Shown here piece by piece: positions 18,228 to 27,224 of a stretch of 59,116 bases of DNA (positions are counted from its first letter, which is position 1; each line of letters starts with the position of its first letter). This stretch comes from Lachnospiraceae bacterium. Its GTDB lineage: Bacteria > Bacillota > Clostridia > Lachnospirales > Lachnospiraceae. Location: contig JAIKZU010000112.1 of the NCBI GenBank assembly GCA_024681985.1, positions 1 to 59,116 of the forward strand, read 5' to 3'. The notes under the pieces are model-generated. The model had not been told where the DNA came from, ran no database searches, and saw nothing but the letters and a program-made list of their open reading frames with translations. The position numbers and the translations under genes were made by a program.

Positions 18228-20177
18228 TTACTCATCCGCCAAAAATGTGGATCCCAGTCCGTTGGCCGTAAATGTTGCGTCCACGATCCTGCCGGCCTTG
18301 TCCGCATCACCCAGCACAAATACGTTTTCAAAATTATCGTAAAGTGCTTCTTCCAAGCCGTTGACAGATCGAACGCCCAGAGCGATCACAACCGTATCCG
18401 CCTCCAACTTGGACAGCTGAGTCGTTACCGTGTTCATCAGCGTAACGTCCTTTTCTCCGATGCTCATCAGCCGCTCGCAGGTCTTTACTTCGATTCCCAT
18501 CTTCTGATAGCGCATCATCATATCCACAAGAACGGACTTGTAAAGTCCGGTGCCCACGTCCTTCATCATTTCCACTAAGGTCACCTGGCAGCCCTTGTCA
18601 CCCAAGGTCTCTGCGGTCTCCAAACCGGTGATACCACCGCCGATGACAGCAACTTTGCCCTTGGCTTCTTTTCTTCCCAAAAGAACATCCTCCGCTGTCA
18701 TCACGTTTGCACCGTCAATGCCGGGGATCTGCGGGATGATGGGTGTGCCGCCGGTAGCCAAAAATACGCCTACGGGATCTATGGCCTTGATGCTTTCCAC
18801 ATCAGCTTCCGCTGACAGACGCACTTCGATATTCTCATCCTTTGTGATCCGTGCGATCAGGGAATCCTTATAAGCTCCCAGTTTTTCTTTTAACAGAGGC
18901 TTCTCCGCCACATTCAGCTGGCCGCCCAGACGGTCTTCCTTTTCAAACAGAACAGGAGCAAATCCTCTTTCGCTCAGAGTCAGCGCTGCCTGCATGCCGG
19001 CAGGGCCTCCACCGATGATGGCAACCTTTCTGCCCTTTCCATTCTTTACAACATCTGCATATTCCACTTCACGTCCGCAGCGAGGGTTAACCGCACAGCG
19101 AATGTGATTTCCGGAGCTTAAGCTGCCGAAGCAGTAGAGACATCCGATACACTTGTTGATCTCATCCGCACGACCAACTTTAGTCTTGTTCACCCACTGG
19201 GGATCCGCCAAGTGTGCACGACCTAAAGCCACAAAGTCGCAGACATCCGTTTCCAAAAGCTCTTCTGCCATATCCGGATCCTTGATGTTGTTGGCTGCGA
19301 TCACAGGAATGGAAACCGCTTTTTTCACTGCGGTGCCCAGATGTCTCCTCCAGCCCTGTGCAAAGCTGGCAGGCTCTACAATGGTTGTGGAGCTTTCGTA
19401 AATTCCGCTGGATACATTGATCACATCGATACCGAAGCTTTCCAATGTACGGGCGATCTTTACACCGTCTTCCAGTTTCAATCCGCCTTCCACGAATTCA
19501 TCCGCACTGATACGTGTGGAGATCACGAACTTGGGACCGCACATAAAACGGATACCCGTAATGATCTCTTCCATGATACGGATCCGATTTGCAAAGCTTC
19601 CGCCATAGCGATCGGTACGTTTGTTGGTATAAGGAGACAAAAATTCATTTAACAGATAGCCGTGGGCCGCATGAAGCTCTACACCGTCAAAGCCGGCCAG
19701 CTTTGCGAATACAGCACCGCGGATGAAGGCTTTTACCAGATCCTGCACTTCTTCTGTGGTCAGTTCTCTGGGCATCTCCTGGGTTACTTTACACATCACG
19801 GGGCTGGGCGCCACGATCTGTCTGCCGCCGATCATGGAAGACTTGTTTTCTCTTCCGGGATGCTGCAGCTGTAAAAAGATCTTGGTTCCGTATTTGTGCA
19901 CTCTTTCCGCCAGGCGCTCCAAGCTGGGGATCTGTCCCAGTTCATATGCTCCCAGCTGGTTGGGAATCGCCGTTCCGAACATAGGCTCGATCCTGCAGAT
20001 CTCCGTAATGATCAGACCAACACCACCCTTTGCACGTTCCTCGTAGTAACGGATGATGTGTTCATTGGCTTCGCCGTTCTGTTGTGCAAGGGAAACACCC
20101 ATGGCCGGCATGACCACGCGATTCTTAAGCTTTAAAGAACCGATCCTTCCCCTGGTAAAAATTTTTTCGTATGCCAT
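18228..20177 (-). CDS. FMN/FAD/[4Fe-4S] NADH:flavin oxidoreductase of the 2-enoate reductase / 2,4-dienoyl-CoA reductase family (the family of FldZ, BaiCD and BaiH)
   Basis: 649 aa. It has an OYE-like N-terminal TIM barrel, the Fe-S motif CIGCLYCFGSLSSGNHIRC (C-x2-C-x2-C-x11-C), and two dinucleotide folds (VAIIGGGPAGMQAA and VAVIGGGITGLETA). Confidence 0.85.
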   Translation of the reverse strand: MAYEKIFTRGRIGSLKLKNRVVMPAMGVSLAQQNGEANEHIIRYYEERAKGGVGLIITEICRIEPMFGTAIPNQLGAYELGQIPSLERLAERVHKYGTKIFLQLQHPGRENKSSMIGGRQIVAPSPVMCKVTQEMPRELTTEEVQDLVKAFIRGAVFAKLAGFDGVELHAAHGYLLNEFLSPYTNKRTDRYGGSFANRIRIMEEIITGIRFMCGPKFVISTRISADEFVEGGLKLEDGVKIARTLESFGIDVINVSSGIYESSTTIVEPASFAQGWRRHLGTAVKKAVSIPVIAANNIKDPDMAEELLETDVCDFVALGRAHLADPQWVNKTKVGRADEINKCIGCLYCFGSLSSGNHIRCAVNPRCGREVEYADVVKNGKGRKVAIIGGGPAGMQAALTLSERGFAPVLFEKEDRLGGQLNVAEKPLLKEKLGAYKDSLIARITKDENIEVRLSAEADVESIKAIDPVGVFLATGGTPIIPQIPGIDGANVMTAEDVLLGRKEAKGKVAVIGGGITGLETAETLGDKGCQVTLVEMMKDVGTGLYKSVLVDMMMRYQKMGIEVKTCERLMSIGEKDVTLMNTVTTQLSKLEADTVVIALGVRSVNGLEEALYDNFENVFVLGDADKAGRIVDATFTANGLGSTFLADE

Positions 20178-20317
20178 TTGTCATACCCCTTTCCTCACTG
20201 TAGTTTTCTGCATTTGCCGAATGTACGCAGTGATCCTCCATTCGGTCCTCTAGGGGTATTATAGAAAGTATCGTCGGATCTTCCTACGGCCCTGTCGCAT
20301 AAAAATTTTATTAGGGT

Positions 20318-20336
20318 ATTGTGCGCCGTGCACAAT
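20318..20336. promoter_or_regulatory. Inverted repeat ATTGTGC-N5-GCACAAT in the divergent regulator/reductase intergenic region (candidate operator)
   Basis: Perfect 7-bp arms. The repeat overlaps the predicted -35 of the regulator promoter. A TAGGG(G)TATT motif also occurs twice (20251-20260 and 20312-20320). Confidence 0.35.
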
Positions 20337-20353
20337 CACATTATAATGACACC

Positions 20354-21706
20354 ATGGATTACGAATCGAATGAGATGCGTGAGCTTTTGACCACGCAATA
20401 TGACGCTACCGTCAGCGAAAACCAAATACAGATCTCCCCGGAACAGTTGGAAAACTACGTCCAGGCCATGGCACAGATGCTGCTGGCCGACCAAAAAAAA
20501 GAAGAGACGCAAACGACCTACGAAGATACCTATCGCAGCGTGTTTGCGCCTCTTTATGAAAGTGCGGATTTCCACACCCTATTGGAAAAGACCGCCCGGT
20601 TTATGGAGCGCTCCATCGTTTTGATCGACCTGGGATTTCATGTCATCGACTATTCCAGGGAGGTTAAGGTGACGGACGCCCTGTGGACCAGCATCATACA
20701 TCGCGGTTATTGCAGCTATGAGTTTATCACTGCCATCAACGAGATGCTCCCTGCGGACCGGCTTCCTAAAACGCCGGAAGCATTTACCGTCACCTGTCCC
20801 GTCTCCGACGAGATCAAGCTCTGCAGCCTTTTGTTTTACAAAAAGCATCCCATCGGCTACGTCATCTTATTGGATAACAAAAAGGGGATCCTCCCTTATC
20901 ACCAGCAGTTTTTGCCTCGCATCAGCAAAAAGCTGGCAAAGGCCCTGCGATACCATGAGGAGTACAGCGATCTTTTTACCAGCGCCACCACGGAGATCCT
21001 GACCAATCTTTTAGGCGGCAACACCTTGGAGGACGACGAATACCTTTTGTTGTCAAAGACGCTGCAGATGCCCGGTACCTTTCGCATGTATCTGATCCGG
21101 GGACACTACAATACGGTGCACGACGCCTCCTATCTGCGTAACCAGCTGCACAACTTCCCCCAGTTGCAGTATGTCTTCATCTACCATAATTACATCATCG
21201 CCATCGCCCGTACCGAAAAGGACGCGGAGTTGCGACAGGCATTTTTAGCCACCTCTTTGCGGGAACAGGTTTACGATATCGCCTGCAGCAATGTCTTTTT
21301 CCGTATTGAGGATATTCCCGCCCAATATCGACATACCAAGGCCTCCTTTGCCCTAGCAGGTAAGCTGGGGCGGCACGAATTTCTCCATTCCTGGGAGGAA
21401 TATGAATTCTATCAGGTACTCAATGACTGCAAGGACAAAAATGAGCTTTTATGCTATGTCCATCCCGCAGTCTACACCCTGATGGATTATGACAACACCA
21501 AAGACGGACAGCTTTTGCCCACTTTAAAAAGCTATATCCGTTGCGGTCTACGTATCAAAGACACCGCCGCCGCTTTGTATGTACATCGGAACACCCTGAC
21601 CTACCGACTCAAAAAAATAACGGAACTCACCGGCATCGATCTGGATGATATTTCCGAGATCGTTCGCCTGGATCGTTCCGTTAAGATACTGGAGTTTATG
21701 GGGTAA
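20354..21706 (+). CDS. PucR/CdaR-family transcriptional regulator
   Basis: The C-terminal HTH is AAALYVHRNTLTYRLKKITELTGIDLDD. The start is uncertain. The ORF track uses GTG at 20321. ATG at 20354 lies 6 nt after a TATAAT (20342-20347), which would give a possibly leaderless mRNA. Confidence 0.75.
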   Translation: MDYESNEMRELLTTQYDATVSENQIQISPEQLENYVQAMAQMLLADQKKEETQTTYEDTYRSVFAPLYESADFHTLLEKTARFMERSIVLIDLGFHVIDYSREVKVTDALWTSIIHRGYCSYEFITAINEMLPADRLPKTPEAFTVTCPVSDEIKLCSLLFYKKHPIGYVILLDNKKGILPYHQQFLPRISKKLAKALRYHEEYSDLFTSATTEILTNLLGGNTLEDDEYLLLSKTLQMPGTFRMYLIRGHYNTVHDASYLRNQLHNFPQLQYVFIYHNYIIAIARTEKDAELRQAFLATSLREQVYDIACSNVFFRIEDIPAQYRHTKASFALAGKLGRHEFLHSWEEYEFYQVLNDCKDKNELLCYVHPAVYTLMDYDNTKDGQLLPTLKSYIRCGLRIKDTAAALYVHRNTLTYRLKKITELTGIDLDDISEIVRLDRSVKILEFMG

Positions 21707-21719
21707 GCTAGGGGCGGTT

Positions 21720-22907
21720 TTATTCTCGCTCCGACATATCCGTGCAATAGTCTGCTGCCTGATCGCATAGGCAGATATGCCTGAGGTATGCTTCCGCCTC
21801 AGAAGCATCCGTAGCATATACTTTAAAGAGCTCCTCTTTGGAGGATATGCCGTTCTTTTCCATCAGTTTGGCACAGTATTCCTCAAACTCCTCATCCGTC
21901 ACTTCAAGGTTTTCTTTTTTCGCGATGGCAAAAAACACCATCTCGCTTTCCATCCCCTTTTCAATGGACTCCTTCAGTTCCTTTTCGAACGCATCCTTTG
22001 TGATACCGTAATAAGAGGACAGAAAACTCTCAAATGCACTCTCGCCTCCGGCAGACGCGACGTAAGAGCTGATATTTGCATTTACCCGATTTTGTACCAC
22101 GTCCTCCGGATAACCGCTTATGGTGGCATTTTCCGTCACCTTTTGGATCACGGCAGCGCGAAGGTCTTTTACCTTTTCTTCCGCCTTTTTTTCTTCCAGT
22201 TCCTTTTGACACTGGGTCTTAAACTCATCCAGGGTTTTTACATCAAAATGCTCCGCTACATAAGCATCATCCAGATCTTCCACCGTCATGGAAGGTTTGG
22301 CGATATAGTTGATCTTAAACTCAAAGACCACCGTCTGTCCCGCCAGATTCGGCGCGCCGTAATCCTCCGGAAAGGACACTTCGTAGGAGACGGTCTCTCC
22401 CACCTTGTGTCCGGGAAGGCCGGCTGTAAATCCGTCGATGAAGCCGGTTCCCTCAACGGAGCAGTTATTCATCACATCCAAAGTCTGATCCGTGGCAGCG
22501 CCGCCGTCAAAAGCCACGCCGTCCTGGTAACCGGTGTAATCCACGTTTACGATGGAATCTTCCTGCACTTCCGTTTGATTATCATCCTTTTCATAGCCCA
22601 CGTCTCCCAGCTTTTCCTGCATATAAGCGACAAGCGCCTTTTCATCGGTGGAATAGTCTCCCGAAACCGATACCTTGACTCCCAGGTATTCCCCTAAGGT
22701 CACATATTTTTCCGGATCATAGTCCACATCCATGCTGCCGGCTGCAGCCGAAGTGCTTTCCGGTTTTGCCTCTTCCGATGTCTGTTCGCTTTCCGTATTG
22801 CCTGCGCCACCATCATTTGCACTGCTGTCTTCTGACTTGCCGCCGCAGCCTGCCATGGTCAGTGCGGTCATCATTGCCAAAACTATACTCAATAATCTCT
22901 TTTTCAT
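21720..22907 (-). CDS. Lipoprotein with a trigger-factor-like FKBP PPIase domain and a trigger-factor C-terminal domain (extracytoplasmic foldase candidate)
   Basis: MKKRLLSIVLAMMTALTMAGCGG is a lipobox signal. The FKBP-type segment is VDYTGYQDGVAFDGG...GFIDGFTAGLPGHKVGETVSYEVSFPEDYGAPNLAGQTVVFEFKINYI. ATG at 22907 lies 8 nt after AGGAG. Confidence 0.7.
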   Translation of the reverse strand: MKKRLLSIVLAMMTALTMAGCGGKSEDSSANDGGAGNTESEQTSEEAKPESTSAAAGSMDVDYDPEKYVTLGEYLGVKVSVSGDYSTDEKALVAYMQEKLGDVGYEKDDNQTEVQEDSIVNVDYTGYQDGVAFDGGAATDQTLDVMNNCSVEGTGFIDGFTAGLPGHKVGETVSYEVSFPEDYGAPNLAGQTVVFEFKINYIAKPSMTVEDLDDAYVAEHFDVKTLDEFKTQCQKELEEKKAEEKVKDLRAAVIQKVTENATISGYPEDVVQNRVNANISSYVASAGGESAFESFLSSYYGITKDAFEKELKESIEKGMESEMVFFAIAKKENLEVTDEEFEEYCAKLMEKNGISSKEELFKVYATDASEAEAYLRHICLCDQAADYCTDMSERE

Positions 22908-23008
22908 CTTCTCATCTCCTACACTCAAACTCCCCACATTCTATCACAGCAGATGCTCATATGCAAAACATACACCACGTTTTCAAGTGGTTGCAGAGTC
23001 TACCCTCA

Positions 23009-23037
23009 TTGAAGTTTAAATCATATAATGTTAGAAT
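23009..23037 (+). promoter_or_regulatory. Candidate sigma-A promoter for ispE
   Basis: TTGAAG, 17 nt, TAGAAT. Confidence 0.4.
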
Positions 23038-23083
23038 TTACCGTGTATACAATCAACCTTTCCCTCTGCATTGGAGGTTAATT

Positions 23084-23953
23084 TTGAACGAACTTTCTCT
23101 TAAGGCCCACGGCAAGATCAACTTAGGCCTGGATGTATTAGGCCGCCGCGAAGACGGCTACCATCTGGTACGGATGATCATGCAGACCGTCAGCGTCCAC
23201 GATCGGGTCAAGCTTCAAAAAAAAGATACTAACGACATCACCATGAGCTGTGACGATGCGGCTCTTCCTACAGGGGATGACAACCTTTGTATCAAAGCCG
23301 CAAAGCTTTTGTTTGACGCATACCATCTGTCCGGAGGGTTGGACATATCTTTGGAGAAGCGTATTCCCGTAGCTGCCGGAATGGCCGGGGGCAGCACGGA
23401 CGCCGCAGCAGTTTTAAAAGGGATCAACACGCTGTATGATCTGGGACTTTCCGTAGAGCAATTACAAAAACACGGACTTACTCTGGGCGCGGACATTCCT
23501 TATTGCATCATGGGTGGCACTGCTTTATCCGAAGGCATCGGGGAAGTTTTAAGTCCCCTTTCCCCTATGCCGCAAACGCCCCTTTTGATCGCAAAGCCGA
23601 AGATCGGCGTCTCCACAGGAGCCATCTATAAGGCGCTGGATTCCCTAGAAAGCTACGAGCATCCGGACATCGACGGACTCATCGCAGCAATCTCCGCCGG
23701 GGACCTGGAGTTACTGTGTCAAAAGATGGGAAACGTTTTGGCCTACGTTACGGAACCCATGGTGCCGGAAATCGAAAAGATCCGAAAGATCATGATGGAA
23801 AACGGCGCAACAGGTGCCATGATGACAGGCAGCGGTCCCACCGTATTCGGACTGTTTGAAAGCGAAACCGTAATGCATGCCTGCGCAGACGTCCTCTCAA
23901 AGACTGGCCTCTGCGAAACGGTCATCCCCGGATATACCAAGGAGACATCATGA
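23084..23953 (+). CDS. ispE: 4-diphosphocytidyl-2-C-methyl-D-erythritol kinase
   Basis: TTG start at 23084 lies 6 nt after GGAGG. The sequence is LNELSLKAHGKINLGLDVLGRREDGYH...PVAAGMAGGSTDAAA (GHMP kinase motif). The longer 395-aa ORF in the track is an upstream read-through artefact. Confidence 0.9.
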   Translation: MNELSLKAHGKINLGLDVLGRREDGYHLVRMIMQTVSVHDRVKLQKKDTNDITMSCDDAALPTGDDNLCIKAAKLLFDAYHLSGGLDISLEKRIPVAAGMAGGSTDAAAVLKGINTLYDLGLSVEQLQKHGLTLGADIPYCIMGGTALSEGIGEVLSPLSPMPQTPLLIAKPKIGVSTGAIYKALDSLESYEHPDIDGLIAAISAGDLELLCQKMGNVLAYVTEPMVPEIEKIRKIMMENGATGAMMTGSGPTVFGLFESETVMHACADVLSKTGLCETVIPGYTKETS

Positions 23954-24630
23954 ACATACCACGAAAAACCACAAAAGAAGATGCGCTTTCCCTGCGGGAA
24001 ACCGTTTACATCTCCCTGCGGGATACCATCCTAAGGGGTGACCTTAAAGCCGGTGATCGCCTGATGGAGATCCCTCTGGCAGAAAAGCTCGGCGTCAGTC
24101 GTACTCCGGTGCGAGAAGCTATCCACATGCTGGAAGAGGACGGACTGGCCATCACACTGCCGCGACGGGGTGCACAGGTGGCATCCATGAGCGAAAAGGA
24201 TCTCTTGGATGTAATGGAGATCCGTAATTCCATGGACGAACTGGCAGCCGTCAAAGCATGTGAGCGCATCACCAAAAACGATATTGACGAACTGCGCAAA
24301 AATGTAAAAGACGCCAAGCTTGCCGCAGACTTAAACGACATCGGCGAAGTTTTAAAGAAGGATGAAGAATTTCACGACATCATTTACCGGGTTTGTAACA
24401 ATCCCCGGCTTACTGCCATCATAGAAAGCCTAAAGAAACAGCTGTATCGTTATCGATATGAGTATGTTAAAAATATTGACAGCTGCTTACGTCCACTGCA
24501 GGAACACTGCGAGATCATCGCAGGATTGGAAAAAAACGATCCGGAGTACGCCCGGGAGATCATGCGCACACACCTGCAAAATGAGGTGAGATCTGTCCGG
24601 GATGCCATCAAGCAACGGGAGCAAAACTAA
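23950..24630 (+). CDS. GntR-family (FadR/FCD subfamily) transcriptional regulator
   Basis: The winged HTH is LKAGDRLMEIPLAEKLGVSRTPVREAIHMLEEDGL, followed by a helical FCD-like C-terminal domain. An ATGA overlap joins it to ispE. Confidence 0.85.
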   Translation: MNIPRKTTKEDALSLRETVYISLRDTILRGDLKAGDRLMEIPLAEKLGVSRTPVREAIHMLEEDGLAITLPRRGAQVASMSEKDLLDVMEIRNSMDELAAVKACERITKNDIDELRKNVKDAKLAADLNDIGEVLKKDEEFHDIIYRVCNNPRLTAIIESLKKQLYRYRYEYVKNIDSCLRPLQEHCEIIAGLEKNDPEYAREIMRTHLQNEVRSVRDAIKQREQN

Positions 24631-25040
24631 TGGAAGTACGGGATGTTCGGGTAAAATTTACCTCCTCGCAGGAGCAGAGCGGTCATCGTGATACACAGTC
24701 AAAGATCGTAAACGGGAAGCTCTATGAGCGTCGCGGCGCCGTGTGTCTGCAGTTCCGGGACGATATGGATACAGAGGAGATCGTATGCGTAGTGGAGGTC
24801 ACCGATGCGCAGGTCGTGATCCGACGCAGCGGAGCCGTCAGTTCCGAAATGACCTTTATCCTTGGCAAGTCAGAGGAATTCCGACACAAAAACGCCTTTG
24901 GATGCGTTTATTTTTCCATGCAAACAAAAGAGCTTGAGACCTCGGTCACTCCCGAATCCCTCAAGCTCCGTATCGTTTATGATCTATCCAGCAACAGTAC
25001 CGTCATCAGCACGAACACCATTATGATCTCCGCAAGCTGA
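24630..25040 (+). CDS. Small conserved protein, DUF1934-like
   Basis: 136 aa with a 1-nt overlap with the GntR gene. The family call rests on size and beta-rich composition only. Confidence 0.45.
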   Translation: MEVRDVRVKFTSSQEQSGHRDTQSKIVNGKLYERRGAVCLQFRDDMDTEEIVCVVEVTDAQVVIRRSGAVSSEMTFILGKSEEFRHKNAFGCVYFSMQTKELETSVTPESLKLRIVYDLSSNSTVISTNTIMISAS

Positions 25041-25511
25041 TCACTTGCCTGCTGCTTTTCTTTTCAACCAGTTGACAAACCCCTTTTTCTGTTCCGGCTT
25101 TTCGATCTTCGTTCCATGAAGTCCCTTCACAGATGTGATGTAAAGACCGCTGACAGAAGCCTTTACCTCTCGCTTTACAGGAACCTGATCGAAGATCTCA
25201 TAATCACAGATCAAAGTCATCACCTTCGGTCCGATCTTCGCCTTTACGATGGGCATCTTGGAGCCTCTGGCATACCAAGGCATCTGGTTGATCATCTCCT
25301 CCGGCAATCCGGAGTCTTTTAGTTTCATTTTCTTTTTGTCAATGATAAGCATGGAAACGGACTGCGATATCTTTGCAGCAGCCTCATCCTGTTCAGCCTT
25401 TCTCTTTTCGGCTTTTTTCCCAAGGAAATAAAGGGTTATAACAGCGGCCACCATGATCACCGTGATCACAATGAGCACTATGGTCACCGTAGGGATTTGC
25501 AATAAAAACAT
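25041..25511 (-). CDS. Hypothetical N-terminally membrane-anchored protein
   Basis: 156 aa with one N-terminal TM helix (VTIVLIVITVIMVAAVITLYFL). The SD is GGAGGAAAGG. An extended -10 (TGATAAAAT) lies upstream. Confidence 0.55.
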   Translation of the reverse strand: MFLLQIPTVTIVLIVITVIMVAAVITLYFLGKKAEKRKAEQDEAAAKISQSVSMLIIDKKKMKLKDSGLPEEMINQMPWYARGSKMPIVKAKIGPKVMTLICDYEIFDQVPVKREVKASVSGLYITSVKGLHGTKIEKPEQKKGFVNWLKRKAAGK

Positions 25512-25613
25512 GTATCCTTTCCTCCGTATACGATCTTAAGCGCGTGTCCTTTCTCGAGGCAGGCGCTTTGACATTTTATCATGTCGTTAGTGAAAAAACA
25601 ATTCGAAAATCGA

Positions 25614-27224
25614 TTACTCCCCGGTATCTTCTTCCGAAGCAGCTTCTTCCTCCGTTGCCGGTTCCTCTGTCGGCTCTTCGGTGGCCGGCTCTTCCTCTTC
25701 CTGTTGTGTTTCTTCTGTCTGCGGCTCCGGTTGGACTTCCGCCTCCTGTTGGTTTTGTGCGGGCTGCTCTCCTCGGGCAGCGTCCTCGTTCCGGTTTGTT
25801 TCCACAGTCTGCCGGTTGCTTACTTCGGTGGTCTGTTCTGTCATCTCACCTTTTTCAAGAGCTTCCAACGCACGTTTTGCTTTTCGTCCCAGCTTTGTGT
25901 CCGGATAGGTTTCCACCACCTTCTCAAAAGTCGCTTTCGCTTTATCAAACTGCCAGGCCTTTTGATATGCCTCGCCCAGTGCATAAAGAGCCTGCCCCTC
26001 GTCATAGGTTTCATCAATGGCAATGACCTCTTCATATTTTAGGATGGCTTCATTCCAGTCTTCCTCCCGAGCGGCATCTTTGGCCTCATCATAACGAAGA
26101 GCTGCGATCTGCTCGTTTATGGCCAAAGTCAGCATGGTATAGGCAGCATTTCCGTTGGTCTCCAACAGCTCCGGATTTACTTCCTGCAAGGATTCATAAG
26201 CCTTTTCATATTCCTCGTTATTAAAAAGATTCTGGGCGGCATAGAGCTTTTCGTAGGAGGTTTTGATGTCTCCCTTTCCTTCGTAGTTCTCCAGTTTTTT
26301 CTGGAGATTATCTAACTGCGCCTTTAAGGCCACCACGTCACTGGCGCTTCCCGCCGCTTCCTCATTTGCTTCTACCAGAGCGCTTGCTGCGGAGGAATTG
26401 GCATTTTGCCGCACATTGGGTACGATCAAAAAGATGGTCACCAAAAGTCCCAGCACCAGTCCGATCAGGATATTAAAGAGGCCTCCCCGGACATTATCGA
26501 TCGTCTCGATCAGGGTCTGTCTGGGCAAGATCACCGAATCATTTGCCGTCTGATAATCATAGGTGTTACCCGTGGGGTGTTTCTTTTTCTTTTTGGTGGA
26601 GTTCTGCTCCTTTAGGATGGCCCGCACTTCCTGCATATAGCGAATGGTACGAGGATTCTTTACGTCCGTCTTGGATGCTTCGGAAAGCTCCTTTCTGGCA
26701 TTTTCATACTCTCCGTCCTGCATATACAAAAGAGCTAAAAGTTGCCGGGCACGTACCATCTTCGCATTTAATCCCAACACCTTTTTCAACTGGATGCGTG
26801 CCAGATCCCGGTTCCCCTGGCGGCAGTACTCCACTGCCTGGTTGTACTTTTTAACCGTCTGATCCAGCTTATCCAGTGCGCCGGATCCGTGCTGGATCTC
26901 TCCCAGATAGTAATCCGCCAGATTATCTCTGGATTTAAGATTCTTACTGATGACCCACTCCCGCAGAGCCTGCACGGGTTCTCCGAACTCGTAGTATACC
27001 AATCCCAAAAGATTTCGGGCATCGATATTGTACTTATCGTACTGTAAAGAGCGGTTTAAGCTTTCTATGGCACCGGATAAGTCCCGCATACGAGCTCGCT
27101 GCAAACCGTCATTGTAGGCTTCGGCACAGCATTTCTCGATCATGCGATAAGCCTTTATATCCGCACCGCAGTAGGGACAGGTATCCTCATTATCTACGAT
27201 TGTGTTACATACGTAGCAATTCAT
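25614..27224 (-). CDS. Zinc-ribbon / TPR-repeat membrane protein with an acidic C-terminal tail
   Basis: 536 aa. It has N-terminal CYVCN...CPYCG, TPR-like repeats on both sides of one central TM helix (LFNILIGLVLGLLVTIFLIV), and a Glu/Pro/Thr-rich tail. Confidence 0.75.
   Translation of the reverse strand: MNCYVCNTIVDNEDTCPYCGADIKAYRMIEKCCAEAYNDGLQRARMRDLSGAIESLNRSLQYDKYNIDARNLLGLVYYEFGEPVQALREWVISKNLKSRDNLADYYLGEIQHGSGALDKLDQTVKKYNQAVEYCRQGNRDLARIQLKKVLGLNAKMVRARQLLALLYMQDGEYENARKELSEASKTDVKNPRTIRYMQEVRAILKEQNSTKKKKKHPTGNTYDYQTANDSVILPRQTLIETIDNVRGGLFNILIGLVLGLLVTIFLIVPNVRQNANSSAASALVEANEEAAGSASDVVALKAQLDNLQKKLENYEGKGDIKTSYEKLYAAQNLFNNEEYEKAYESLQEVNPELLETNGNAAYTMLTLAINEQIAALRYDEAKDAAREEDWNEAILKYEEVIAIDETYDEGQALYALGEAYQKAWQFDKAKATFEKVVETYPDTKLGRKAKRALEALEKGEMTEQTTEVSNRQTVETNRNEDAARGEQPAQNQQEAEVQPEPQTEETQQEEEEPATEEPTEEPATEEEAASEEDTGE

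Noticed and set aside
21777-22697. Long antisense ORFs listed in the track. Examples: 21777-22697 (306 aa), 12304-13047, 10972-11646, 8020-8562, 15465-16199, 17149-17820, 28838-29467, 37088-37762, 48220-48906 and 51384-51938.
   Set aside because: - Each lies entirely inside a well-supported gene on the opposite strand.
- They have no SD.
- They translate to low-complexity or Arg/Ser/Leu-rich sequence with no recognisable motif.
- They are shadow ORFs.
22766-23083. The 395-aa version of IspE starting at 22766.
   Set aside because: - The extension overlaps the divergent lipoprotein gene and the intergenic promoter region.
- It has no homology-like features.
- A GGAGG-spaced TTG at 23084 gives a normal 289-aa IspE.
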